Shown: piece after piece, positions 1 to 8,192 of the stretch | Layout: the number at the start of each line of letters is the position of its first letter | How positions within the stretch are numbered: the first letter of the stretch is position 1 | The notes under the pieces: model-generated | Told to the model about the DNA's origin: nothing | The model's database searches: none | Seen by the model: only the letters and a program-made list of their open reading frames with translations | Position numbers and translations under genes: made by a program | Source: Candidatus Omnitrophota bacterium | Lineage (GTDB): Bacteria > Omnitrophota > Gorgyraeia > Gygaellales > Profunditerraquicolaceae | Length of the DNA stretch: 64,000 nucleotides | Reading direction: 5' to 3' | Assembly (NCBI GenBank): GCA_043813255.1 | Contig: JBDRLG010000126.1 | Span: 2,882 to 66,881, forward strand

Positions 1-882
1 TTTCCAAAGGCGCGAATAAACTGCGCGATAATAGATCGCATATTATCATGAATATCGCGGCAGCTATGCAGGATATAGGAATTAAAATCCTGTGATTTGG
101 CCCTACAATCAGGCGCATAATATGGGGAATAATTAGTCCTACAAAACCAATTACTCCTGATATACATACAATACTCGCGGTAATTAAAGATGTAGCAAAA
201 AATAAGATTTTTTTTACTGTTTCAGTATTTATGCCCAAATGAACAGCTTCTTCTTCTCCTATGCTTATCGCGTTTAAATCTTGAGAGAATATATATATTA
301 TAGTAATTCCAACAAAGACAATTACACTTACAATAAGAATAAGGCGCAGGTCATATACCTGAAGGCTTCCCCATAACCACCATGTTATACTGTGCAGGGT
401 TTCACTATTGGATATAGAAATCAGGAAAATAAGTAATCCTGACAGCGCTATTGAGATTACTACCCCGGAAAGAATAAGCGACTGCGCAGGGACTTTGTTT
501 GCCTGCCGCGATATATTATATACTAAGATAATGGTTAATATCGCGCCTGTAAATGCCGCTAATGGAAGATAAATAGTAAATATCCCTGTTAATATCGCTA
601 TTAGCGCGCCTAAACCCGCGCCGCTTGAAATTCCCAATAAATAAGGTTCAGCAAGGGGGTTTCTTAGAATTGCCTGCAGGGCTATCCCTGATACAGTTAA
701 TCCGCTGCCTACTACTATTGCTAAAAAAACACGCAGGATTCTTAAAGATAGGATATTTCGGTTGTTTTCACGCAGTAATTCTGCTATTGGAATATTACAG
801 GAGCCGTTAATTACTCCTATAAAAATGGCAATAAGTAATAATATTATTAGTATAAAGATTTTAATCGTAAAACTTCTATTCA
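1..882 (-). CDS. ABC transporter permease, FecCD/BtuC family (partial; C-terminus lies beyond window start)
   Basis: Minus-strand ORF absent from the track because it runs off the edge. My own translation from the ATG at 880-882 gives MNRSFTIKIFILIILLLIAIF...LLGISSGAGLGALIAIL... with about 8 predicted TM segments, typical of FecCD permeases. Its start overlaps the stop of the upstream binding-protein gene by 7 nt (operon coupling). Confidence 0.75.
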
Positions 883-1766
883 TTTTTTTCTTTTGGCGGT
901 TTCTTTGGATACAGCCGGGCGTGTATTTGTTTTAAGCCCTCTGTTAATCTCGGGCCCGGCCTTAAAAATAAGTCGGTATTTATATCGTTGTAAATCCGGT
1001 TATTTCTTACCGCTGGTATATTTTCCCATCCAAAACGGCCGGCAATTAATTTTATAGGCGTTTCTTTTTGCATGTAGCCGATAATAATACAGTCGGGTTT
1101 GCGTTCTATTACTGTTTCGGCGTTAAAGGAACTGTAAGTCTTTTTGGTATCATAGGCGATATTAATTCCTCCTGCTAAGGTAATTAATTCATTAATAAAA
1201 GAATTTTTTCCGGCGGCCATTAAAGGTTTGTTCCATATTTCCACAAACACTTTTGGCCTTGATTCCTCAGGAATATTTTTTATTGATGAATTGACTGTTT
1301 CAATATCATTTTGCATTTTTTGTATAAGTATTTCAGCATTTTTTTGTTTATTTGTAAGAGAACCAATTTCTCGTATAGATTCAAATAATTCTTTAATATT
1401 AGCAGGGGCATTGATATAAACCGAGAGTTTCAATTCTTTTAATTTTTGGGCAATAACAGATTGTTTAAGCCCTGTGCAAAAAATCAGGTCTGGTTTTAAG
1501 AAGATGATTTTTTCTATATCAGGACAGCTGAATGTCCCTATTTTTTCTTTATGCTTTGTTTGTTGGGGATAATTACAGAGTGAACTTATCCCTATAATTT
1601 CTTTCTCTAACCCAAGAGCAAATAATATTTCCGTGGTAGAAGGAGCAAGAGAAATTATCCTTAAACTTTCAGTAATCGGCTGGTTTTTATAATCCGCATA
1701 CGCCTGTTTAACCTGAGAACAAAGAAGTGAAAAAATAACAATAAAAATGTATTTTTTTGATAGCAT
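876..1766 (-). CDS. ABC transporter periplasmic substrate-binding protein, BtuF/FhuD class (cobalamin/siderophore type)
   Basis: 296 aa with an N-terminal signal peptide. The motif ISLAPSTTEILFALGL is typical of the BtuF/FhuD cluster-A binding-protein fold. It sits immediately downstream of a cobalamin riboswitch and upstream of the FecCD permease. Confidence 0.8.
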   Translation of the reverse strand: MLSKKYIFIVIFSLLCSQVKQAYADYKNQPITESLRIISLAPSTTEILFALGLEKEIIGISSLCNYPQQTKHKEKIGTFSCPDIEKIIFLKPDLIFCTGLKQSVIAQKLKELKLSVYINAPANIKELFESIREIGSLTNKQKNAEILIQKMQNDIETVNSSIKNIPEESRPKVFVEIWNKPLMAAGKNSFINELITLAGGINIAYDTKKTYSSFNAETVIERKPDCIIIGYMQKETPIKLIAGRFGWENIPAVRNNRIYNDINTDLFLRPGPRLTEGLKQIHARLYPKKPPKEKNE

Positions 1767-1779
1767 AGTAAATTGTATT

Positions 1780-2100
1780 TTACCCCGATGTCGCTTCCCG
1801 ATGCTTCGATCGGGACAGGTCGCTCTTCGGGGTCAAGTAAAATCCTTACGGATTTTCCTTGAAAATAAAAACCCCGATTATAGTACTTTTACAGCACTAT
1901 CTTCGGGGTTGCACCCTGTTTAAACTATGGCCCTTTCCGCGCGGAAATATTTATATAGGTTTGAGGTATTCTGACTTAAGGTTTCTATCTACTTACCGCG
2001 CCTTCCCGCCTTTTGGGCAGTGGCTTTATTTACGGCTTTCGTCTTCCTTTACAGCAGCGGGAACTGTGTCCGATTTCAACGGCCTTCCCTAAACCTATTA
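1780..2100 (-). promoter_or_regulatory. Cobalamin (B12) riboswitch with terminator-like expression platform, leader of the btuF-like/permease operon
   Basis: The reverse complement of 1985-2095 reads GGGAAGGCCGTTGAAATCGGACACAGTTCCCGCTGCTGTAAAGGAAGACGAAAGCCG...AAGCCACTGCCCAAAAGGCGGGAAGGCG. This matches the conserved cobalamin aptamer core block-for-block (compare the E. coli btuB leader: GGGAATCCAGTGCGAATCTGG...GCAGCGGTAAGGAAAGG...ACACTGCCATTCGGTGGGAAG). Downstream on the minus strand (~1905-1850) a GC stem CCCCGAAGATAGTGCTGTAAAAGTACTATAATCGGGG followed by TTTTTATTTT looks like an intrinsic terminator. A second hairpin lies just before the start codon at 1766. Confidence 0.8.
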
Positions 2101-2164
2101 TATAATTGTTTTGTATAAAGCTAATAATAATTCTAAATTTTTAGTTTGTCAAGGAAAATCCGCT

Positions 2165-2668
2165 TTAATACTCAATCCCTTTTCTTGCTTTTAAATTCTT
2201 ATTATAATAATGCTTTTTGTCTTCTATATAGCTTACCAAATCAGCGGATTTAATGATTTTATCATGAGCGTGGCGGCCGGTTAAGACCATTTCTGTTTTT
2301 TTAGGGGTACTTTTGATAATATCTAAAACATCATTTAGTTCTATGAGCTTAAAATGTAACGCCACATTGATTTCATCAAGAATTATTAAGTCATAGCGGT
2401 TATCTAAAATCGCTTTTCTTACTTTCTCCAGCCCTTTATTGGCTGATTCCATGTCTTTTTTGTTGGGTTTACGGTTAATGAAACATCCTCTGCCAAATTG
2501 TTCAATTGTTATATTTTTAATTTTTTTTAATATTTTTATTTCGCTGTAACAGCCTTTTTTTATGAATTGTCCTATATACACTTTCAAACCCGCGCCAGCC
2601 GCCCTTAAAGCCAGCCCTAAGCTTGCTGTTGTTTTGCCTTTCCCATTACCCGTGTATACTTGTATCAT
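2165..2668 (-). CDS. cobO: Cob(I)alamin adenosyltransferase, CobA/CobO/BtuR type
   Basis: 167 aa. The N-terminal P-loop-like motif YTGNGKGKTTASLGLALRAAGAG is followed by DEINVALHFKL...VLTGRHA, which is characteristic of the BtuR/CobO family. Size is typical. Confidence 0.8.
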   Translation of the reverse strand: MIQVYTGNGKGKTTASLGLALRAAGAGLKVYIGQFIKKGCYSEIKILKKIKNITIEQFGRGCFINRKPNKKDMESANKGLEKVRKAILDNRYDLIILDEINVALHFKLIELNDVLDIIKSTPKKTEMVLTGRHAHDKIIKSADLVSYIEDKKHYYNKNLKARKGIEY

Positions 2669-2682
2669 TTTATTAAATTCTT

Positions 2683-3264
2683 TTAAATGGTCAGTAAAAA
2701 AGCAGGAATTCTATGGTAGCCGCAAGCTTTAGCTTGCGTTTTATAACGCAGGCTGAAGCCTGCGGCTACCGGCTTTGATATTGCTTTATAGCCATTTATA
2801 CTCATAACGCATATTGCTGAAACAATAATGCCCGCGATAATAACTCCTGCTCCTATTGCCAACAGCGCGTTACGGAAGCGTATTTTAAATAAAGTAGCCG
2901 CCACTACTCCTGTCCATGCTCCAGTCATAGGCAGGGGGATAGCTACTAATAGTATTAATCCTAAAGTTTCGTATTTTTGTACTGTAGCTGCTTTTTTTTG
3001 GGTACGTTTAAACAGCCAGTCAAAAAATTTTGCCCATATTTTAAATTTCCTAAGGCGGGTAGAAATAGGCTCAAAAAGAAAAAGAGCAGGTATTATTATT
3101 GCCATATTTCCTATAACTGCCAGCAAAAATGCTTTTGTTACGGGCATTCCAAAAGATAATCCTAAAGGTATTGCTCCCCTTAATTCTGAGATTGGCAGGG
3201 CGCCAAGAATCATTATTAAATATTCTTTAGGTATGTCTTTAAGCCAATGAATTAGAATATCCAC
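2683..3264 (-). CDS. Small multidrug export protein family membrane protein (COG2426-like)
   Basis: 193 aa polytopic membrane protein. The motifs ISELRGAIPLGL and PLPMTGAWTGVVAA resemble the Sm_multidrug_ex family consensus (ELRGAIP...GTGAWTG). The C-terminal ~30 aa are encoded by a GC-rich palindrome and may not be real protein sequence. Confidence 0.5.
   Translation of the reverse strand: MDILIHWLKDIPKEYLIMILGALPISELRGAIPLGLSFGMPVTKAFLLAVIGNMAIIIPALFLFEPISTRLRKFKIWAKFFDWLFKRTQKKAATVQKYETLGLILLVAIPLPMTGAWTGVVAATLFKIRFRNALLAIGAGVIIAGIIVSAICVMSINGYKAISKPVAAGFSLRYKTQAKACGYHRIPAFLLTI
2715..2770. repeat. GC-rich imperfect palindrome (nested hairpin) embedded at the 3' end of the preceding CDS
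   Basis: GGTAGCCGCAAGC TTTAGCTTGCGTTTTATAACGCAGGCTGAAGC CTGCGGCTACC. The outer 12/13-bp stem is GGTAGCCGCA(A/G)GC and there is an inner stem. It is locally GC-rich against a ~30% GC background. On the minus strand it is followed by CTGCTTTTTT. Confidence 0.5.
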
Positions 3265-3280
3265 GTTTTCTTAATCCTTT

Positions 3281-3925
3281 CTAATCGCTTTTTATCCCAT
3301 ATTTTCCAAGCAAAGGAACAAACATGCATCCACAAATATCAGTTGTTATAATTTTACCTTGTTTTTTTTCTGCCAGAGTCAGCATTTGCCCTAAATTTAG
3401 CCCTAAAGGGAGGACAATTTTTCCGCCTTCCTTTAATTGGCCTATTAGAGGTAAAGGTATTCTTGGGCAGGCAGCAGTAATAATTATTCTGTCAAAAGGC
3501 GCTGCCTCTTCCCATCCTAAACTGCCATCGCCTAATTTTGTTTTTATATTTTTATAGCAGAGTTCTTTAAACAAATTTTCTGCTTTTTCCAGAAGATCCT
3601 TGAATCTTTCAATAGTATATACTTCTTGGGCCAACTCAGCTAATATTACGGTTTGATATCCGGAGCCGGTTCCGATTTCTAAGACTTTTTCTTTGCCGGT
3701 TAAACCTAAGGAATCGGTCATTAAAGCCACTATATAAGGCTGTGATATGGTTTGGCCTTCTCCTATAGGTAATGGATAGTCCGCGTAAGCGCTGGCTGTT
3801 AATTCTGCAGGTAGAAATTTATGCCGCTCTACTTTTTTAAAAACATCTAAAACTTGTTTATTACTTATGCCGCGGGAGAAAATTTGTTCTTCTACCATTC
3901 TTTCTCTGAGAATTTTTAAATCCAT
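3281..3925 (-). CDS. pcm: Protein-L-isoaspartate O-methyltransferase
   Basis: 214 aa. The SAM-binding motif VLEIGTGSGYQTVILAELA and overall similarity to Pcm (PIMT) are evident. Confidence 0.9.
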   Translation of the reverse strand: MDLKILRERMVEEQIFSRGISNKQVLDVFKKVERHKFLPAELTASAYADYPLPIGEGQTISQPYIVALMTDSLGLTGKEKVLEIGTGSGYQTVILAELAQEVYTIERFKDLLEKAENLFKELCYKNIKTKLGDGSLGWEEAAPFDRIIITAACPRIPLPLIGQLKEGGKIVLPLGLNLGQMLTLAEKKQGKIITTDICGCMFVPLLGKYGIKSD

Positions 3926-3945
3926 GGCAAATAGAACTTAAAAGG

Positions 3946-4617
3946 TTATTTGAATATATTTTTAGAAATAAATTTTATAAATCTAATAGTATCCAGAATA
4001 GGGTTTATTTTACTTTTTTCTCCCCTATATATGGTATTAACAGGTATGGATTCTATTTTGAATCCTAAACGGGAAGCTTTAATTAATAATTCCGATTCAG
4101 TCTCAAATTTAGCGGTATCAAATTTTATTTTTTCCAGAACCTCTTTTTTTATTAAACGGAATCCGCATTGAGAATCAGGAATATTTTGTTTGGCAATAAG
4201 CGATATCAGCCAAGACATAAATTTATTAGTGATGAATCTTATTTTGGGCATATTTTTGGGTTTGCTCATGCGGTTGCCGATAAAAATAGAACTGGTGGAA
4301 TATTTAGCCAAACGGGTAAAATAAGAGATGTCATTAGGATCATGCTGTCCATCCGCATCCATACTAATTACAGCATCAAAACCTTTAGATAATGCGTAAT
4401 TAAAACCTGCGCATAGAGATATCCCTTTGCCTTTATTTTCAGGGTTTACCAGAACAACCGCGTTATTATTTTGAGCTATTTTAGCAGTATTATCAATAGA
4501 GCCATCATCAATGATTAAAATATCCAAATTAAGTTGTTTTATTCCTTGTATTAAAGAAGCTATAGTTTTACTTTCATTATATGCGGGTATAATTACGCAA
4601 ATTTTCATGATATCCAA
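3946..4617 (-). CDS. GT2 glycosyltransferase, polyprenyl-phosphate sugar synthase type (DPM1/GtrB/ArnC-like), short form
   Basis: 223 aa. Contains ICVIIPAYNESKTI...IIDDGSIDNT...VISMDADGQHDP, the GT-A DXD and Q-HDP signature of dolichol-P / undecaprenyl-P hexose synthases. It lacks the C-terminal TM helices. Confidence 0.75.
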   Translation of the reverse strand: MDIMKICVIIPAYNESKTIASLIQGIKQLNLDILIIDDGSIDNTAKIAQNNNAVVLVNPENKGKGISLCAGFNYALSKGFDAVISMDADGQHDPNDISYFTRLAKYSTSSIFIGNRMSKPKNMPKIRFITNKFMSWLISLIAKQNIPDSQCGFRLIKKEVLEKIKFDTAKFETESELLIKASRLGFKIESIPVNTIYRGEKSKINPILDTIRFIKFISKNIFK

Positions 4618-5471
4618 AATCGTTTAAACATATACCATTGGTCAGGGTATTTTCGGATATAGTTTTCAAATATAACGTTATAACTATTGATGATTTTTAA
4701 TAAGTCAGCTTCATTTTTATCCGAATTGCCTGATTTTTCTGGATAGATAGGTTTTTCTATTCTTAAGGTAAATGTATCATCGGGATTCCTAACCATAAAT
4801 CCGGGAATAATACAAGTATTTGTTTTTAAAGAGAATGCCGCAGGGCCTAAAGGGAAAAGAGTTTTTTTACCAAAAAAATCAATTATAACTCCTTTTTCAC
4901 TGAAGTCTCTGTCTCCTACCAATGCCAGAAGCTTATTTTCTTTTAAGAGATTCAGGCATTGCCGGGCGGCCTTCCCAAAAGGAATAACCTGTATTCCTTT
5001 GCTTCCCCTCTGGTGGTTAAAAAAATCATCTACTTTCTTATTTTTATGCGGCAATGCCACTACCCATAAGGGGTATCCTAAAAGAGCAAGTATTATTCCT
5101 CCCAGTTCCCAGTTCCCTAGATGCGCCGTAAGGATAATTATGCCGTTGCCTTTTTTAATTTCCTGATCAAAATAGTGAAGGTTTTCTATATGGATATTTT
5201 TTTTGATACTTTCTAAGTCAAGTTTTGAAAACCTGAAAAAATCAACCAGGTATTTAGCGAAATTTCTAAACATTTTTCTGCGTATTGTATGAATTTCGCG
5301 GTTAGATTTATCAGGAAAAATAGTTTTCAGGTTGCCTTTTACTGCTTTTCTGTCCGAAAAAGAAATTATGTAGTTTAAATCGGAGATCAAGATTGCCAGT
5401 GTATAACCTAATTTTAGCGGCAGATTAAGGGAAATAAATTCTCCAATTCTGTATAATATATAATTAATCAT
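4605..5471 (-). CDS. Lysophospholipid/lipid A acyltransferase family protein (LpxL/HtrB-like)
   Basis: 288 aa with an N-terminal TM segment. ILTAHLGNWELGG matches the H-x4-NWE acyltransferase motif of the late lipid A acyltransferase family. The fold assignment is by eye. Confidence 0.6.
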   Translation of the reverse strand: MINYILYRIGEFISLNLPLKLGYTLAILISDLNYIISFSDRKAVKGNLKTIFPDKSNREIHTIRRKMFRNFAKYLVDFFRFSKLDLESIKKNIHIENLHYFDQEIKKGNGIIILTAHLGNWELGGIILALLGYPLWVVALPHKNKKVDDFFNHQRGSKGIQVIPFGKAARQCLNLLKENKLLALVGDRDFSEKGVIIDFFGKKTLFPLGPAAFSLKTNTCIIPGFMVRNPDDTFTLRIEKPIYPEKSGNSDKNEADLLKIINSYNVIFENYIRKYPDQWYMFKRFWIS

Positions 5472-6621
5472 TAGATAAATTTATAAGATATTTCGCGATA
5501 TCAAAACTTGCATTGGGTTTACTGATTTTTTCAGCGGAATCCGCGAGATGGCTTAATTTTTCTCTGTGTAATAATAAATCTTCAATTACAAGATTTACTT
5601 TTTTCGGGTCGTCAATCTTTATAGCCGCTTGTTTTTCTATCAAATACGCGGTATTGCTTGTTTCTTGTCCGGGAATAGGCTTAACGATTATCATGGGTAA
5701 TTTTTTACTAAGGGCTTCAGCAGAAGTGATCCCGCCGGGTTTAGTAATTATAATATCAGAAATAGCCATAAATTCTTCGATTTTATTGGAGTATCCAAAA
5801 GGGATAATCTTTTTTTTGCTTTTTTTTGCTTTCTTTTTTAAAGCTTTAAAAAGTTTTTTATTAGTGCCTGTTACAATGATTTCTTGAATATTTAAGGACA
5901 TTTTTTCCAGGGAGTTGACAATTGTTTTAATCGGCCCCAGGCCCTGTCCGCCTCCCATTATTAAAATAGTAAGTATTTGAGGGTTTAGTCCTAATTGTTT
6001 AAGGATTGTTCCTTTTGGAATAACGTTATTGAATTTAGGATCAAAAGGTATCCCTAAAGAAAGCACTTTTTGAGGCTCTACGCCTTTGTTTATCAGGCGC
6101 TGGGATATTTCTTCTGAAGGTGTTATATAGTAATCAACTGTATTATAAACCCAGTAAGAATGGGGAATATAATCAGTAAGTATTCCCACAAGTGGAATCT
6201 TGCAATTAGAGGATCTTTTGAAATCAGCTACCATGCCGCAGGGGAAAGCCTGGGTACAGGCTATTACATCGGGTTTATAACTGTCAAACAGTTTTTTAAG
6301 CTTAGGTGAATTAAATTTATGAACAGTATTTTTGATTCTTGTAAGTTTTTTTGCGACTTTAGGGTTATCATATAAATAATCCCATATGCCGGGGGTAGCT
6401 TTTATTATTCCAATATACAGGCGGTTTATTATTTTTTCTGAAATAGGGTTAGTGTAATTAAAAGTATTAATATTTAATACTTTAGTATCAGGAGACAATG
6501 TTTTTATCGCGTTTTCTACGGCTATAGTCGCGCTATGATGTCCGGAAACCTCAGAAATATACATTAAAATAATCCGTTTTGCTGGCATAAGTTTAAGTTT
6601 TATTTTCTTGATAGAGTTCAA
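5464..6621 (-). CDS. GT28 glycosyltransferase, MGDG synthase / UgtP-like diacylglycerol glycosyltransferase
   Basis: 385 aa. Shows the ordered blocks of the UgtP/MGD family: ILMYISEVSGHHSAT, KPDVIACTQAFP, GILTDYIPHSYW, IMGGGQGLG, ITKPGGITSAEAL and PIPGQETSNTAYL. Confidence 0.75.
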   Translation of the reverse strand: MNSIKKIKLKLMPAKRIILMYISEVSGHHSATIAVENAIKTLSPDTKVLNINTFNYTNPISEKIINRLYIGIIKATPGIWDYLYDNPKVAKKLTRIKNTVHKFNSPKLKKLFDSYKPDVIACTQAFPCGMVADFKRSSNCKIPLVGILTDYIPHSYWVYNTVDYYITPSEEISQRLINKGVEPQKVLSLGIPFDPKFNNVIPKGTILKQLGLNPQILTILIMGGGQGLGPIKTIVNSLEKMSLNIQEIIVTGTNKKLFKALKKKAKKSKKKIIPFGYSNKIEEFMAISDIIITKPGGITSAEALSKKLPMIIVKPIPGQETSNTAYLIEKQAAIKIDDPKKVNLVIEDLLLHREKLSHLADSAEKISKPNASFDIAKYLINLSND

Positions 6622-7756
6622 GGAAGGCTGAAACTACTTCTGGATTAAGTTGTTTGCCGTTGATCTCTTTAATTTGTTCAATAGCTTGTTCTTTAGAGAA
6701 GCCGTTACGGTATGGCCTGTCTGTAGTCATTGCGTCATAAGTATCTGCTACTGATATTATTGAAGCTATGAGAGGTATTTCATTGCCTTTTAGCCCTTCG
6801 GGATAACCAGAACCATCATAGTGCTCATGGTGGTATTTAACTCCCAAGATAGCATTTTTTAATTCTTTTATTGGTTGTAAAATCATTGCCCCTAATAAAG
6901 GGTGTTCTTGCATTTTAGCGCGTTCTGTATCAGTTAAAGGGCCTTGTTTATTTAATATAGATTCAGGAATTCCAATTTTTCCTATATCATGCAGTAATCC
7001 CGCTATATGAAGCTGTTCAAAAAAACTTTCGTTGAATATTTTTTCATTAGTTTGATAAAGTCTTTTGGCAATTTCTAAACTTAAAGATGTTACCCTTTCT
7101 GTATGCCCATGCGTGTAATGGTCTTTTGCGTCAATTGCCGCTGCCAGAGCTATAGTAGTATTAATAAAAAGATGTTGTTTTTTTTTCAGTTCCAGTTCTA
7201 ATTCATTAAAAAGCTGCGCGTTCTTTATCGCCATAGCTACGTCAGAAGCAAGGGCAGCAAAAAAATTCAGTTCATCTTCTTTGAAGTCTTTTGAATTTTT
7301 TTTCTTGCCAATCAGCAGAAGAGCTAAAAGATTATTCCTGTAATAACTGGGAATACATGCCACTGTATCAAAAATTTTCATCTGATGCAAAGCTTCGCTT
7401 AATACTTCCTTAGTTTCGTTATCAAAATTTTTGCGTAAAATCCTTTTTGCGTTGCTATAGAGTAAATAACTATTATTTAAAATCAGGTTATTATTTTTAT
7501 CCTGAAAGAGTTTAATAAGGGCATTATCTGTATCCATGCGGGCAAATCCCTGAGGTATTTTTAACCCGGCAGGGCCGCGGGAAACAGTTAATACATAGGA
7601 ATCTTTAATTGTATCATAGAGCAGTATACCAGCATGGCTTATTTTTACTTTTTGAATGAGCATGCGGATAATCAGTTTAATCAAAGTATCTGAATTATGT
7701 ACTAAGATCATTCTTTTAGCTGCTATTTCAAGCTCTTTTTTATAATTTAATGCCAT
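6593..7756 (-). CDS. GAF domain-containing HD-GYP phosphodiesterase (c-di-GMP signalling)
   Basis: 387 aa. The N-terminal half is GAF-like. The C-terminal half carries the HD-GYP motifs HTERVTSLSLEIA, GLLHDIGKIGIP, HHEHYDGSGYPEGLKG and VADTYDAMTTDRPYR. Confidence 0.85.
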   Translation of the reverse strand: MALNYKKELEIAAKRMILVHNSDTLIKLIIRMLIQKVKISHAGILLYDTIKDSYVLTVSRGPAGLKIPQGFARMDTDNALIKLFQDKNNNLILNNSYLLYSNAKRILRKNFDNETKEVLSEALHQMKIFDTVACIPSYYRNNLLALLLIGKKKNSKDFKEDELNFFAALASDVAMAIKNAQLFNELELELKKKQHLFINTTIALAAAIDAKDHYTHGHTERVTSLSLEIAKRLYQTNEKIFNESFFEQLHIAGLLHDIGKIGIPESILNKQGPLTDTERAKMQEHPLLGAMILQPIKELKNAILGVKYHHEHYDGSGYPEGLKGNEIPLIASIISVADTYDAMTTDRPYRNGFSKEQAIEQIKEINGKQLNPEVVSAFLELYQENKT

Positions 7757-7771
7757 GTTAAAGATAAAAGA

Positions 7772-8137
7772 TTAATTGGTTATTTGGGATAGTACTATTT
7801 TTTCTAATTCGTCCAGTTCTAGAGGTTTATGAATATAGTCGAGAGCCCCCAATTCTTTGCATTTGATAAAGGCATTTTCTTCTTCAGGTTTTCTGCCAGT
7901 TACCATAATGACTTTTATTTCATTGCTTTTTTGTTTTATCTGGCGTAAGGTTTCAATCCCATCAATTCCTTCCATTTTTATATCTAGTAAGACTAGTTGA
8001 GGTATTTCTTTTTCAATCAGGTTTAACGCTTCTTCTCCGCTAGACGCGGTTGTCACGCTGATTTTTCTTTTTTTAAAATAATTCGCGGCGAATTCCCTGA
8101 TATCTACTTCATCATCAACTATTAATAGTTTAGTCAT
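7772..8137 (-). CDS. Response regulator receiver domain protein (CheY-like, stand-alone)
   Basis: 121 aa. Contains LLIVDDEVDIREF with phospho-acceptor Asp context LLDIKMEGIDGIETL. No output domain. Confidence 0.85.
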   Translation of the reverse strand: MTKLLIVDDEVDIREFAANYFKKRKISVTTASSGEEALNLIEKEIPQLVLLDIKMEGIDGIETLRQIKQKSNEIKVIMVTGRKPEEENAFIKCKELGALDYIHKPLELDELEKIVLSQITN

Positions 8138-8192
8138 GGGGTCTCCTTAATGTAATAATTGGTAATAGACTGTTTCATATTCTTAATGGATA

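Noticed and set aside
1780-1900. GC-rich structured stretch considered as a possible tRNA or small RNA gene
   Set aside because: No cloverleaf could be drawn. It reads as the terminator-type expression platform of the riboswitch (GC stem followed by a T-run, then a second hairpin near the start codon).
1859-2092. 77-aa plus-strand ORF in the 400-bp gap between cobO and the btuF-like gene
   Set aside because: It overlaps the cobalamin riboswitch read on the minus strand. Its GC-richness comes from RNA structure, not coding potential.
2828-3250. 140-aa plus-strand ORF, plus many other 60-125-aa ORFs in the track (e.g. 5513-5887, 8521-8796, 9025-9303, 10487-10813, 40188-40376, 51071-51445)
   Set aside because: All are antisense to long, well-supported genes on the opposite strand. 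They have no recognisable motifs or ribosome-binding sites and are typical AT-rich antisense artefacts.
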